Origin: Octopus sinensis
Taxonomy: Eukaryota
DNA: 64,000 bases
Assembly: GCF_006345805.1 (NCBI RefSeq)
Contig: NC_042997.1
Span: 45,632,001 to 45,696,000 of the forward strand
Reading direction: 5' to 3'
In this document: in pieces, positions 1 to 13,539 of the stretch
Position numbering within the stretch: the first letter of the stretch is position 1
How the letters are laid out: each line of letters starts with the position of its first letter
The notes under the pieces: generated by a model
Database searches by the model: none
Told to the model about the DNA's origin: nothing
The model's input: only the letters and a program-made list of their open reading frames with translations
Program-made: the position numbers and the translations under genes

Positions 1-670
1 CAATATAATCTTCTCTCTTCGCGCCTTTGCGTCACATGGGCTCAACTCCCCTCTCCTCTTCATCTGACATCTACTTCCTCTTCACTCTTACCCACCTTCT
101 CCCTCATCGATACCTCTCCATCCACCCCACTTCCACACATCCCATTCCTACATACCCCACCCTACCCTACATACTCACTCCAAACCCACACTCCAGCACC
201 ACCACACTACACCACACACCACCACATCACATCACACCACAGCCACACCACTTCCCAGCACCCACACCATCATCTACACACCCACACATTATAGTCGCAC
301 ACACTCACGCACACACACATGCATCCATACGTCAAAGTCACCAGCCCCTATCCACACGCACACATTTACACATTCTCATATATACACACGCACGCACACA
401 TTCGTTTTGGGATCACCAGTACTTTATTATCTCCCTTCTTCCTAGTTCTCCTGTCTAACTACTTTTGCCCAACCAGTCGCCATGATTGACCGCTAACTCC
501 AAAAGTTTTCTTTTATTCTCTCTCTCTTTATTTCCTCGTGTTCCTTTCTGTCGAAGTGTATAGGCTCGAAACGTAAAAGACTTTCTCACCTTCCCGGGCT
601 TCAAATTAATACACCTGTTTGTTGTTGTTAATACACCTGTCTTTCTTTTGTTTTTTCTGTAAATTTCAAC
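1..670 (+). mobile_element. PLE-type terminal/3' UTR fragment with degenerate hammerhead-like motif
   Basis: Pyrimidine/CA-rich tract followed by 455-670, which is homologous to 3035-3230 (shared cagtcgccatgat...taggctcgaaac.taaaagacttt), ending in a TA-rich/CA microsatellite. Confidence 0.55.
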
Positions 671-748
<78 letters not shown>

Positions 749-754
749 ACACCC

Positions 755-789
<35 letters not shown>

Positions 790-799
790 CATATTTATA

Positions 800-1640
800 G
801 TATGCGGTGAATATTTGTCGTCTAAATTACGCACAAATGAAAAATAACACTGACATCTCATTTTAACAGACATATTTGTCAAAATTACATAAAATATCTT
901 GAAATACTAAAGAGTAAATTTATTCAATAAAATCGCCATTGGCTTCAACCACGTCCTCCAGGCGACTTCGATAACCCCTGCAACTCTTCTGGACGGTCTC
1001 CTTGTTTAAGTTAGTGAATGCTGCTATGCCTTCAGTTCATCTTTACTGTTACAAGGAGTTTTGTGGGGGTTCAACCGCGCCACCCCACACAATAATAAAG
1101 GGAGTTGCAGTCTGGAGAGTTAGGTGGTAAGATGTTAGGGGTGATGTGGTCGCAGAAATTGTCTGACAGCCATGACTGGGTTCTTCCGCTTGTGTAGCAT
1201 GGTGCAGAGTCCAGTTTCCAGACATGGGATCTTCCAGCAGCCACACTGTTGACCCAGGGTAACACTGCCACCTCCAAGTACTTGATGTAGGCCTCTGTGT
1301 TGAGTCTGAGGCCGTGTAGGAAGATGAATGGAGGCACAACATGGCCATCTCTAGCGATCACTCCAAACACCATAATGTTGAGCGGCTGTCTGATATTCAT
1401 CATCCTCGGTACATGTCCTCGGGTTGACACCCAAACACTATGAAATGTTCGAATTGGAGCTTCCAGCGCGAATGCCAAGCAGTACAGCATGTCGTTTCCA
1501 AATTTCTGGTAGAGTGAATTGCATCTTGATGCTGTTTTTCTCAAGGACGGTGCCCAACTGACCCTACTATACTGTGTAATCGACAAAATCAAACAATGCG
1601 CGTACGTGAAATAAAAATATAAAATAGCGACAATTTACTC
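800..1640 (-). mobile_element. Degenerate Tc1/mariner transposon, maT (DD37D)-like
   Basis: ORF 1071..1592 gives MVFGVIARDG...LDSAPCYTSGRTQSWL...PPNSPDCNSLYY; 37 residues separate the second D from the third catalytic position (here D>Y); termini only loosely defined. Confidence 0.85.
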
Positions 1641-1714
1641 ATCACACACATATATATATGTACACACACACATGTATGTATTTATGCATATGTATCTGTA
1701 TATATATATATTAT

Positions 1715-1749
<35 letters not shown>

Positions 1750-1750
1750 T

Positions 1751-1781
<31 letters not shown>

Positions 1782-2145
1782 TGAGTGAGAGAAGAGATAC
1801 ACATGGCTGTTTTGGTTAATATACACACACGCAAACACACACACACAAACACACACATATAAATATATGCACATATACATGCATATACACATACACATAA
1901 ATACACACTTACTCACACATACACATGCACACACACACCAACGCACACACACATGCACATGCACACACACACACACGCACATACACATACAATGTAGTAT
2001 ATGCATCTGTGCTTATCTCATGAGATACAATTACTAAAAAATTCTTGTTTCTTTTCACAGCTTCTACAGAAACCAAAGCAGAAGTTCACCCAGAGGGCAT
2101 ATTTTTCGTTAAGTATACATACATATATACATCTATACATATATG

Positions 2146-2195
<50 letters not shown>

Positions 2196-2698
2196 ATATA
2201 TATATATATATATATATGCATATATATATATATACATATATAGGTCTTAACCCCCAAACAATCGCTCCCGAGCGGACTTTTACTCTGGCTCCTGTTGAAC
2301 TTATAAAACAGGAAGGACACCCGAATTAACACCAATAATTTCATATATTTCCATAAATAAATTTATCATTCGGAAATTTGTCAAGTTAAAAGCCTACCAG
2401 ATCTTCTGGCATCTTAGTTACCACTGATATTTTAATGATTTGTCCTATGTAAAATTTTACCTCTCATATCATGTCAAAAACTTCACCTGATATCTTTATC
2501 TCATCTTCTCGCTGGAATCCATACATGCAGAGATTCTGGTTTTTAATTTTTTCAAGTTCATTCTTTTACTTCATTATTGGCTTGCTACTTCTCTACATTA
2601 ATTTGGATATATACAACTTTTCTAACGCTTTTTTCTTTTTAATGGAGAATAAGTATGATATCATTTTTACCGCTGCGAATTCTATATATTTTTTTGTC

Positions 2699-2968
2699 GT
2701 TTACTTGTTTCAGTCATTAGACTGTGGTCATACTGGGGCACCGTCTTGGAGAATTTTAGTCGAACGAATCGACTTCAGTATTTATTTCTTTAAAGTCTGA
2801 TACTTATTCCATCGAATCGCTAAGTTATGGAACGTAAATAGGCTAACACTGTTTGTCAAGCGGTGTTGCAGAACAAACACGGATACAAAGACATACACAC
2901 ATATATACACACACACAAATGTATGTATGTATGTATGTATGTATACCTTTTACTCTTTTGTATATATA

Positions 2969-3031
<63 letters not shown>

Positions 3032-3505
3032 ATGGTCAGTCGCCATGATAGATCGTTAGCCACTACACACATTTTTTTCTCTCCTTGTTTTTTCTGTGTA
3101 CCTTTCTGTAGAAGAGCGTAGGCTCGAAACATAAAAGACTTTTTCTATTCCTGAGCGTTATACTAATACATCTGTTTGTTTTGTACACCACCTGTCTTCG
3201 TCTTTTGTTTTTATCGTAAAATCTCCCTATATATATATATATATATATACTTTATTTAAAGCAGCGGAAAATTCAACAAAACCTGTTACTCTGAGTTTCA
3301 CGTCCCCGTTCGTCGGACAGTTTTTGTTATATATATATATATACGATGGGTTCTTTGAGTTTCAGTCTACTAAATTCACTGGCAAGGCTTTGGTCGGTCC
3401 GAGGCTATAGTAGAAGGACAATTGCCTGTGGAGTATCACGCAGTGGAACTGAACCCGAAACCATATGGTTTAGAAGCAAACTTCTTACCACATAGCCATG
3501 CCTGC
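2699..3505 (-). mobile_element. SINE family 1 (tRNA head, CORE-like), split by an insertion in its internal microsatellite
   Basis: 3' half at 2699-2900 (cttgtttcagtcattagactg...), 5' half at ~3340-3505 (...gaacccgaaaccatatgg...ccacatagcc); matches intact copies at 12123 and 51205. Confidence 0.8.
3035..3330 (+). mobile_element. PLE-type terminal fragment inserted in (TA)n
   Basis: Homologous to 455-670; flanked on both sides by (TA)n; carries a hammerhead-like motif at 3102-3137. Confidence 0.6.
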
Positions 3506-3899
3506 TTTTGTTACCTTTTGACTTTTAAAACCGATCTGAAAAAAAAACAAAAAAAAAACGAACGTCGAGTGCTTGACTGCCCAAGTATATGTAAAAGTTA
3601 AAGATGCTAATCATTCCCACTGCTTGTCATCCAATTTCTGAATAGGTTTAATATAATTCTCCAACCAATACCTAGCTTGCTTGCTGTCTATATTTCTACT
3701 TCCATTGTTATACTATTTTGTTAGTATTTTACTGGCCGTGAGAACTAAAGGTGTTACGGAGTGGTGTGAATTTGCGCCGATGATGTTGATGATGGCGAAG
3801 ACGACCAAGGCAATGGGTAATAGATCTGTTGTTGGTGGCAACCCAGAGGTGGTGGTGGTAATAAATATTATGATATACATGGTTTTGAAGACATATTAT

Positions 3900-4022
3900 G
3901 GCGGTGATGACGACGACGATAATGATAGTGACGAGGATGATGATGATAATGTTGATTGATGATTGATGATTGTGTTAAAGTGAATAGCAATGATGTAATG
4001 GTGATGATGTTGTTGTTGTTGT

Positions 4023-4062
<40 letters not shown>

Positions 4063-4560
4063 GTACATGATAAATTGTGTTTGTGCTAGAGGAGATGGTA
4101 GTGAATTTAGGCGAGATGGTGTAGTGGTGTTGCATGTCGTGTAAAATGTAGGTGATGGCGGTGATGTATGAGACGATGTTGGCCAAAATTAATGGAGATG
4201 GAGATGGAGATGGGGGTGGTGGTGGTGGTGGTGGTGGTTTTGCTTGTGATGGTGGTGGTGTTAGTGGTGGTGGAGTGGTGCGGGTGGTTGTGGTAGTGGT
4301 GGTGTTGTTGAAGGTGAATGTTGATTTTTTTGACGATGGCAGTGGTAACCGGGCAGTGGTCGAACACAATGGTACGAGTGGTACGTAGCTTCATACGAAG
4401 TGGTAATGATGGTAACAGTGGAAGTGGTAGAGGTGATGGAGGTAATGGTGCTGATAGAAGATTGTGTTAGAAGAGGATAATGATGGCGGTGGTGGTGGTG
4501 ATGGTGGCGGTGGCGGTGGTTATATTAATGATGAGCAAGCAGATGATGTGGATGGTTGGA
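3900..4560. repeat. Compound (GAT)n/(GGT)n low-complexity tract
   Basis: Runs of gatgatgat and ggtggtggt; produces the poly-D/M/G/P/H pseudo-ORFs. Confidence 0.9.
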
Positions 4561-4799
4561 CTAACGGAGGGGAAAATGGTGGAGTCTGTTGATGGCGATA
4601 GCCTTCCGGTTGTCTAACCACCGTTTTGCACCTACCAATAGAGTTATCCTTCTGCCTTTCATGTAGCTGGCCTTCTAGCTTGATTTTGTATATAAACATC
4701 TATTATGAGCCGGATAAACTAGTCCATGACGTATCCTCCGGGCGAACCAAAATGTATTTTATATCGCGTTGATTGTTTTTTGATAAAACACACACACAC

Positions 4800-5086
4800 A
4801 CATACATACATACATACATACATACATACATACATACATACATACATACATACATACATACATACATACATACATTCATACATACATACATACATACATA
4901 CATACATACATTCATACATACATACATACATACACACATACATACATATATACATTCATACATACATACATATATACATTCATACATACATACATTCATA
5001 CATACATACATACATACACACATACATACATACATACATACATACATTTATACATACATACATACATACATACATACATACATACA

Positions 5087-5122
<36 letters not shown>

Positions 5123-5130
5123 TATACACA
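4800..5130. repeat. (CATA)n microsatellite
   Basis: Direct inspection. Confidence 0.97.
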
Positions 5131-5489
5131 TATATGAATATACTGTATACACACACACAGACTGACAGAAATGTGCGAGTAGACATCCTACTTACATATA
5201 ATCATGTATGTTTATATGCACGTGCATTTATATTGCAAAATTCAAATATTAATAAACTTATAAATTTCGCCCCGAAGCGGCTTCTTTAAACTGCTTGAAT
5301 AAAGCTGCTCCAAGCTGGAACTTATAAGTCATTGTTAAGTTTATGATATAAGAAATAATTTAAAATATGCAATTTAACTCTACAATTCGTATAGAGTTTT
5401 CTATCTGATAATCTATGATTGGCGTTAACATAGCCCCTACGTAAGTTAAACACTTACCTGTTATGGTCTCGTACGTTCACCTCTCAAAA

Positions 5490-5720
5490 CTCTCACCTCT
5501 TCACTACTTGTCACCCTTGTTGCGTCCAACATCCCAGAACCTGCACTAACCGATATCCCCAGTCCCTCCTGCTTAGAACATCAGCCATCTGGAACTTTAC
5601 CCCAGCTCATAACTTTGCTACAGGGGTTCACCTGCTACAAGTTGAAGGGAAAATTAACAGCAACAAGTTCACGGATCTGGGGAGGCTTGTAATGTTTATG
5701 AGTACTGACCAGCGCTAGAT
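5490..5720 (+). mobile_element. CR1/L2/Jockey-type LINE 3' end remnant
   Basis: Translates roughly as SLLLRTSAIWN, resembling the SFFPRTxxLWNxLP C-terminus of these LINEs. Confidence 0.45.
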
Positions 5721-5739
5721 TAACCATCAAACAAAATAA

Positions 5740-6133
5740 GCATATGTTTATGGAATCAATGGAAGTGGAGCGATCCATAGAAATGGTAAATGGTTTACGG
5801 CATAAAAGAAATCACTTTAAACTTACTAAAAAAATATTCGAAATGGTTTATATGACTGGAAATATAATTTTGAAGTATTCATGGCGTCATAGTGAGGATC
5901 TGATCAATGACTTCACAATTAAGAATAGTTGGAGAAGATTTTTAAAATTTAAATAAAGTGGAAGTATACAAAAATAAATATTATTTTTTATCTTACTGTT
6001 GGTTCTGTTTCATTATTAATAATATAAATTTATTCTATGGTTTATTATGTTTTTATATTTTTAATTACATATATATGGGGTTACCAAAATCTTTGAAGTG
6101 CTTAGTGCCTCTACGGGTCTTAATCCGGCCCTG
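5740..6133 (+). mobile_element. hAT transposon 3' end remnant with TIR
   Basis: ORF 5744 contains DLINDFTIKNSWRR (hAT C-terminus-like); ends in gggtcttaatccggccctg, the reverse complement of a CAGGGCCGGATTAAG-type hAT TIR. Confidence 0.55.
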
Positions 6134-6179
6134 GTACTGACTCGTCTTCCTAACTCAGGATACATACATACATACATAC

Positions 6180-6548
6180 ATTTGGGACAGAATAGAAGAC
6201 GTATGTACCGTCATAGAGGTCTGCTGTGCTGCTGATGTGAATATCTCTTTGAAGATCAAAGAGAAAGCAGATAACTATGGACAACTGCTTTGAAACCTTC
6301 AGCTTCTATACCCGGATTACAAATTTACATTTATACCAATCGTAATTGGAGCACTTGGTTTTGTAAGAAAATGCCTAACTGTCAGTCTGGATAAGCTTAG
6401 ATTTTCAGAAAAAGAAATCAACCGATTCGCACATTACAAATTCAATCTGTTTTCGTTATCTACATTCCAAAGATGGAGCTTTGTATCTTTGTTAGAAACC
6501 AGTTCCTTTTTCAGTGGAAGAATTTACATTATTGAATATCGAAGAGAC
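6180..6548 (+). mobile_element. R4/Dong-like LINE 3' fragment (RLE endonuclease) between (CATA)n arrays
   Basis: WDRIEDVCTVIEVCCAADVNISLKIKEKADNYGQL...YPDYKFTFIPIVIGALG; both ends abut CATA repeats. Confidence 0.8.
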
Positions 6549-6811
6549 ATACATACATACATACATACATACATACATACATACATACATACATACATAC
6601 ATACATACATACATACATACATTCATACATACATATATACATACATATATACATACATACATACACACACACAAACACACACATACATACATACATACAT
6701 ACATACATACATACACACATACATACATACATACATACATACATACATACATACATACACACATACATACATACATACATACATACAAACATACATACAT
6801 ACATACATACA

Positions 6812-6843
<32 letters not shown>

Positions 6844-6845
6844 CA
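6548..6845. repeat. (CATA)n microsatellite
   Basis: Direct inspection. Confidence 0.97.
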
Positions 6846-7064
6846 ATTGCCCTACTGATCTTTATATCTCGTCGAAAATCAAAAATAAGGAGGATAACAT
6901 ACATACATACAGCTTTTATACACAAATTATAGGTTCGCATTTATACCAGTAATAATTGGTGCCCTTAGTTTTGTTAGTAATGACCATTGTGAAAATCTGG
7001 AAAAGCCAAGGTTTTCAGAAAGAGACCGAAACAAATTGTGCGCGTGCGCATTACGTTTTTTTAT

Positions 7065-7268
7065 TAATAAACGTACATCGCCGGAAAAAATGCTTAGCAG
7101 CATTTCATCCGTTTTCTCGATCTGAGCTCAAATTCCGCCGTGGTCGACTTTGCCTTTCATCCTTTCGAGAACGATAAAATAAGTCCCAGTTGAGTACTGG
7201 GGTCGATGTAATTGAGTAGCCCCCTTCCACAAAATTTCAGGCCTTGTGCCTACAGTAGAAAAGATTAA
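7065..7268 (+). mobile_element. SINE family 2 (tRNA-derived, short)
   Basis: aaatgcttagc...ctgagctcaaattccgccg.ggtcgactttgcctttcatcctttcg...ggggtcgatgta; repeated at 22262, 23650, 25780, 56830, 60915 and 61140. Confidence 0.8.
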
Positions 7269-7479
7269 TAAATGCATATATACTCATGTTTTGAGTTTTA
7301 TTATACTGTTTGCATAACGAAAACTAATATGCACACTATAAATACGATCTGTAAGCGGAAGAGTAAAAATATGCAAGACTTTTCCAAATTCAAAATGTGA
7401 CAACGTTTTTGGTATTCACATTGAAACGACGAAGGTTTGCAACCAACACCTTGCTTACAGGAAGACGTCAAATTATTAA

Positions 7480-7735
7480 AACCGGAAGAGAAAATACAAA
7501 CACACATAGATCAGATTACAAGTTCAGTTTTATACCTGAAATTATTGGGACACTGGGATATGTAACACACTATCTAAATACCCATTTGACTCTCAAAACC
7601 AGAAAGGGGAAAGCTGATTCGAAGACTACAGATTCAATCCTCTGGAACTGTAAAATAAGTATTTGAGCATGTCTAGATATGCAACTATATGCATAAGAAT
7701 GCATACGTAAAACAAAACATACAAATCTGCTTACA
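7480..7735 (+). mobile_element. R4/Dong-like LINE 3' end running into (CATC)/(CATA)n
   Basis: DYKFSFIPEIIGTLGYVTHYL; 3' UTR is the reverse complement homolog of 28600-28860. Confidence 0.75.
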
Positions 7736-7789
7736 TCCATCCATCCATCCACCCATCCATCCATCCATCCATACATACATACATACATA

Positions 7790-7905
7790 CATACAAAAAT
7801 AGCCTGATGTTGCTGAAATTCCAGAGAAGAAACTTTGGATCTAGGTTAGGAACCAGCTCTTTCTCTATTAGCAAGAAATCTTGAAATAAAAACTGGATAA
7901 TGACA
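7790..7905 (-). repeat. Short repeat associated with (TATG)n
   Basis: Reverse complement matches 27458-27565 (ttatttcaagatttcttgc.aatagagaaaga.c.gg.t.ctaacctagatcca). Confidence 0.7.
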
Positions 7906-7919
7906 TACACATTAACGCA

Positions 7920-8330
7920 TAAAGTAAATAGATACTTCTCGTTACACCGTTTTATCTGAGCTGGCACTACTTGATGCTTTAAATTTTGTAACGTATTATT
8001 GCTTCCGTAATAATAAGCCAAGTTAATGGCGATATCTTATAGAAGTACTCCGACTCATTTGGAGTTGTTCTGAAACACCAGCTGCCTTACAACGGGAATT
8101 ATTTTCAACAATCCGCTTGTCAGTCCGAAGACACATGTCAGAGGGAACAGGTCGACCTGTACTGGATGCTGTTGATTCCTTTCTTTTGCTGATGAATTGG
8201 CTGTGACAAGAGGAATTCCAAGAATTTGTGCAATCTAACGTTGGCTAAGTCTATCCTCAGATTGGTTCACAATACGCCTTCTTTGAAAATCCGGAAAGTC
8301 TTTTGCTTCTTGTGCTCGCAGCGTAGCTCG
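7920..8330 (-). mobile_element. Tc1 transposase N-terminal (paired-like HTH) remnant
   Basis: KDFPDFQRRRIVNQSEDRLSQR*IAQILGIP followed, after a frameshift, by STGRP; typical Tc1 N-terminus. Confidence 0.7.
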
Positions 8331-8384
8331 TTACAATAAATAATTGAAATACTGTAATCTGAAATGAAAAACAATTGTCTTGTA

Positions 8385-8614
8385 TTCTTTTACGTGTTCC
8401 AGTCATTTGACTGAGGCCATGCTGGAGCACCACCTCGAAGGGTTTTAGTTGAACAAATCGACCCCAGAACTTACATGTTTTAAAGCACACTACTTATTTT
8501 ATTGGTTTGATTTGCTGAACCGCTAAGTTTCGGGGACTTAAGCACACCAATACCGGTTGTCAAACAGTGATGGGGGAGTGGGGGCAAATACAGACATAAA
8601 GCCACACCTGCACT

Positions 8615-8653
<39 letters not shown>

Positions 8654-9352
8654 GGAGAGAGAGAGAAAACAAAGTTATTTTATTCTACACGGGTAGAAAT
8701 ATAGGTAAAATAGAAGTTGAAATTGCGCTGAGAGTAGTTAAAATAATTGAAGCTTTGACCGGTTATATCGCAGCTGTCTTGCTTCTGACTAATGTTTGAA
8801 GTTTGCCCTGTTTTTATAGGGAGTTCATGGCACAAATTAGTGTATGTTTTGTATAGGATTTGATTGGGTGAGAATCATCATCATCATTGTTCGACCGTGG
8901 GTGAGAATAGTCACATGACTGGTCTTAGAAATTGTTGTAGGTTCCCCGCTACGTCCGTGTGTTAGTATGAAGTGACAGCGTTTGGCGTCGCAAGTTAAGG
9001 CTGACACGGTTGACTGAACAAGTCCAAACGATCAATGCTCTGAATGTTTTCTGTCAAGTATTTTGATTGTCACGTAGCGGTTCGGCAAAAGTGACCGATA
9101 GATTAAGTACTAGGTTTACAAAGAATAAGTCCTGGGGTCGATTTGCTCGACAAAAGGCGGTGCTCCAGCATGGCCGCAGTCAAATGACTGAAACAAATGA
9201 CTGAGTCTATATATATATATATATATACATATACGACGGGCTTCTTTCAGTTTCTGTCTACCAAATCTACTCACAAGGCTTTGGTCGATCCGAGAATCCG
9301 GAATCATGTGGTTGGAAAGCAAGCTTGTTACCACACAGCTACGACTGCGCCG
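8385..9352 (-). mobile_element. SINE family 1 outer copy interrupted at its internal microsatellite; includes a + strand SINE1 3' half at ~9070-9200
   Basis: 3' half at 8385-8620, (CA)(TA)n, ~550 bp insert, (TA)n, then 5' half at 9228-9352. Confidence 0.65.
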
Positions 9353-10399
9353 ATATGCTAACAAATTCAAAGAACCACGTAGCGTGTCCACAGATAATAC
9401 GGAACTATGAGTGGTGTCAATGTACTTTCGAGATATCTGTGTATATGTAATATATTTATATGCATGTATGTGTGTGCGTGTATGTGTATGTATGTGTGTG
9501 CGTGTATGTGTATGTATGTTTGAGTTATTCGGGCTTTTTCACAAATAGCTCGCTATGTCTGTTTGGGGAGTATATGTTAAAATGTTACATCTTCTTACAG
9601 GTAACATTCTGTTAAATATGCGAGGTGAATATTTAATTGGAACTGTACCCATAGACAGGTATATCAACCGTTAGCCTACATTAGCTCAAAATAAGTCTGA
9701 CTAAAGGTAGATCATACTCTAAAACATTAATATTGAAAACTGTCAAAAGCTTAGCTACTACAACGACTAATTAACTTTGCAGAGGGGCAGAAAAATTATT
9801 CAATAATCTTGCTTTTGCACATTCTAGTTATAAAGGGGAAAATTAACCAGAAACTAAATATCCTTATCTTTAACTAACATTGATATTTTCCCCCATACAT
9901 ACGACATTGTTTCGACAACCAGCTTCACTAAACATCAGTCCCAGCTATAACAACAAACTGGTAAACCATTCAAAGCTGATGGACCTTGCACTGCCGTCTT
10001 TGAATGTCTTACGAAACCAATAATTTAAAAAACAACACGGGGAAGGAATGTTGTGTCGCTAACTATTACCAGGTCTCCGAGACTGTTGAAAAAAACAGGA
10101 AGGAAAGAATATTTAAACCAGAGACCTGGCCCGAATGCTTATAACGGACGGGACACTGATAAAGGGACTTAGCGTGCCAAGTAGTGGTTCTAAAACGGTC
10201 GACTGGTTAACGCTATCGCCGTTAAGCGCGTTCACATTACGTACATACAGATACTGAGTATTGTAGTTTGGTTGAAGTATTGCAATGCGTAAAAGATATA
10301 AATGTTTAAAAAATAGTAATGAGATGTCGAGCTGGGCAAAATATGTTAGGTATTACCAATAAATCAAAACAAACAAAAATATATTGTATCAATTTACAT

Positions 10400-10620
10400 A
10401 AGTTGTCTAATGCCGCCATAACAGTGCGGGAAAGATTCCCCTTAACAATTAAAAGAAAGAAAATTATTCAAGAGTTCGAAGAAAAATGTAACCAGCAGAC
10501 TGTTTTTCAGGAAGTCGGCTGTGATGAATCAATCTAAATAATTTGCCTATTATGTTGTCAGTTTCAACTTTGCTTTCCCTCTTCACCGTTTCTGTAAAGT
10601 GCTTTGTGTAATATAATATT
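10400..10620 (+). mobile_element. Possible pogo/Tigger transposase N-terminal remnant
   Basis: RERFPLTIKRKKIIQEFEEKCNQQTVFQEVGCDESI resembles the CENP-B-type HTH start (RKxLTLxxKxEII). Confidence 0.4.
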
Positions 10621-11050
10621 AACAATATTCAGAATACGAATCTATTGTGAACATATACCACTAGTTCATGACTGTAAGCCCTGGAATCATAAAGTAACTA
10701 ATAAGTACTGTTGAACTCAGTCGCACCGATAAGTTTGGTGCAAGGATTGAAAAGCCAGTCCTTCTTATCCTTCCTAGAAGACAGATAGCCAATGTTCCTG
10801 AAGCCAATACTGCAGTATCATGATCACCCATTGGCGGATATCTCTGAATAAATCATTGATTTGGAAATATTAAGCAATTGATTCAGTTTGTCACACTTGC
10901 ATGTTATGAAAACATTTTAGCACAAACACACACACACACACACATGTACACGCTCACAACCACAACCACGGAACCACCCACCTACATATAGGTATCTGTG
11001 TGTATGTATGCATAAATGTATGCATATCTACATACACACACATGTGAGTG

Positions 11051-11083
<33 letters not shown>

Positions 11084-11445
11084 ACATACATATATACATA
11101 CACACATTTATGTGCGAGTATGTTTAAACACATACACACGTCCATATATGCATATACATGTATACACATGTTGGAACCGATTCAATCGATTAACTACAAA
11201 ATTGGCCTTGTGCCTAGTCACAGGAAATTATTATTATTATTATTATTTTGTTTGATAGTCGGCATTGTAGGGAAAAAATAATTATAATAGATGATCAATA
11301 AACCAGATTCTAAGTATGTCTCTCCACACGCATGCTTGTGTACATGTATGTTTGTGTTGATTCATGGCAAACTCAGCCAGGAATCATTGGAACACTCAAC
11401 AAGATAATTTCATTTAAACAAAAAAGAAAAAAAAAAGACATAAAT

Positions 11446-11504
<59 letters not shown>

Positions 11505-12122
11505 AAAAAGTAGAACAGAACAAATATTTCAGTAATTTACAAATATTTATTTTAATGAATTCTTTCATGTACATTCATTTGAATATCGAATGATGTTAAT
11601 TAAAAAAAAATCTAGTTATCATTAAACATTATTATCATTAAAATAAATATTTTAATAAAATAAATATTGTTTGTTTTTAAAAGAAAAAAATATAATTTTA
11701 TTAATTTTTTTCTTAAAATTACTTCACGTCAGTTCCACCAAACTTCCTTACGCATAAAATACTCACACACCCAAAAAATTACAAGATGTTTATAATGGCA
11801 TAGTTTGGCATTGAAAGGCTCACAACTATTTAACAGTACGTTATTGAATAATATATTAGCCATTTAAATTACACATATCTTATTTTTATATTCAATTACG
11901 TTTCTATAGTGTTTTATTCTCTATTAAGGGAAATAGATTAGCTGAATCGGTAAAACGATGAACAAAAATGCGTTTGTGGCATTTAACCACTTCTCTTTAT
12001 GTTCTGAGTTCGAATCTCACCGAGGTGCAACTCCGTGTGTGTCTGCTACACTTTCACATGTATATGCTTTACACTTTTATATTTTTCTCACAAACTACAG
12101 TTTTCTTTAGTCGTTTTGCTAT

Positions 12123-12521
12123 ACTCTTTACTCTTTTACTTGTTTCAGTCATTTGACTGCGGCCATGCTGGAGCACCGCCTTTAATCGAGAAACTCGACC
12201 CCGGGACTTATTCTTTTGTAAGCCCAGTACTTATTCTATCGGTCTCTTTTGCCGAACCGCTAAGTAACGGGGACGTAAACACACCAGCATCGGTTGTCAA
12301 GCAATGCTAGGGGACAAACACAGACACACAAACACACACACGCATATATATATATACATATATACGACGGGCTTCTTTCAGTTTCCGTCTACCAAATCCA
12401 CTCACAAGGCTTTGGTCAGCCCGAGGCTATAGTAGAAGACACTTGCCCAAGGTGCCACGCAGTGGGACTGAACCCGGAACCATGTGGTTGGTAGACAAGC
12501 TACTTACCACACAGCCACTCC
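12123..12521 (-). mobile_element. SINE family 1, full length
   Basis: On the - strand: tRNA-like head (A box TGTGTGGTAAG, B box GGTTCAGTCCC), CORE-like caccttgggcaagtgtc, internal (TA)(TG) microsatellite, tail aagtaaaagagtaaa. Confidence 0.9.
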
Positions 12522-12524
12522 CTT

Positions 12525-12880
12525 TCATCTAATCTCACATTATATTCACACTTACTCACATTCCAACTACTCCCATCCCTAACCACAATTTCCCACATTT
12601 GTACACCTCTACAAAGCCCAGAAACCACGCGCACACCACACACACACCTTCCTTTATATCAATCTCCATTCACGGATATCCTTTTATACGTGCACACATA
12701 AACCGGCTTTATCCTCTCTTCCCAACATCTCACCATAGAACCACATTTCTACTTCTTCTGAATCTTTTTCTCCTTTTTTCTACTACACTTTCTCCTTTTA
12801 TGCCCTTCTTCCCTTTCTTAACTTTTTTGACGAAGGTCTAGCGTCCGAAACATCAATGACTCTTTCCCTTCCTCTAAAGT
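12525..12880 (+). mobile_element. PLE-type terminal fragment
   Basis: Pyrimidine-rich tract, then ttgacgaagg...tccgaaacatc, a decayed hammerhead-like core. Confidence 0.4.
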
Positions 12881-13539
12881 GTTATACTAATAACACCTTT
12901 GCTTAAGCTTGACATTGTCGTTTTGCATCTTTTCCTGTTTTTGCCTATTACTTCATCCACCTCACACACACACACACAAATACACGTATACACACGGTTA
13001 TTTCTATCTACCTCAGCTTCATTTCGTATGCACATTGCATTTGCAGAAGTTTGACTCCAGCTAGGGACTGAAATCATGTCAAATAATTCTAGTAGCTTAC
13101 ATATTTTCAAATGGAAGGTAACGGAAAATATTTTTAAGGGAGAAAATTTCTTCAGGTTGTGTTTTTATTTTTTTTTCACATTGCTTACCATACGTACAAC
13201 AGATTAAATTTCTGCTAACAAATAAAATTACTTGTTACCATTCACTGCATACATAAAAATAACGTTTCAAGGAGTTGCATGTATTGCTTATATTTGCTCG
13301 CGCGCTTTTTTTCTTCTCAGTATGGCTTCTAGAAACATAGCAATGCAGCTTCACGACAAGTTAGATTCCACTGAGGATTTGTGGTCAGGAAAGACAATTT
13401 ATTTGAAGCTATCACGGAAATAACTAATGAATATCAAGAAAAAAGAATGGGTCTACACTTTACAACCTCACCCAAAAGTCACAGGGATTCTGTTGTTTCT
13501 TCGTTTGTGCAGCAAATATAGAAAAGGTTTTGTACACAG

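Noticed and set aside
13300-13500. Strong acceptor (ttttttcttctcag) followed by ATG
   Set aside because: Only a 33-codon ORF, no clear donor, no recognisable product
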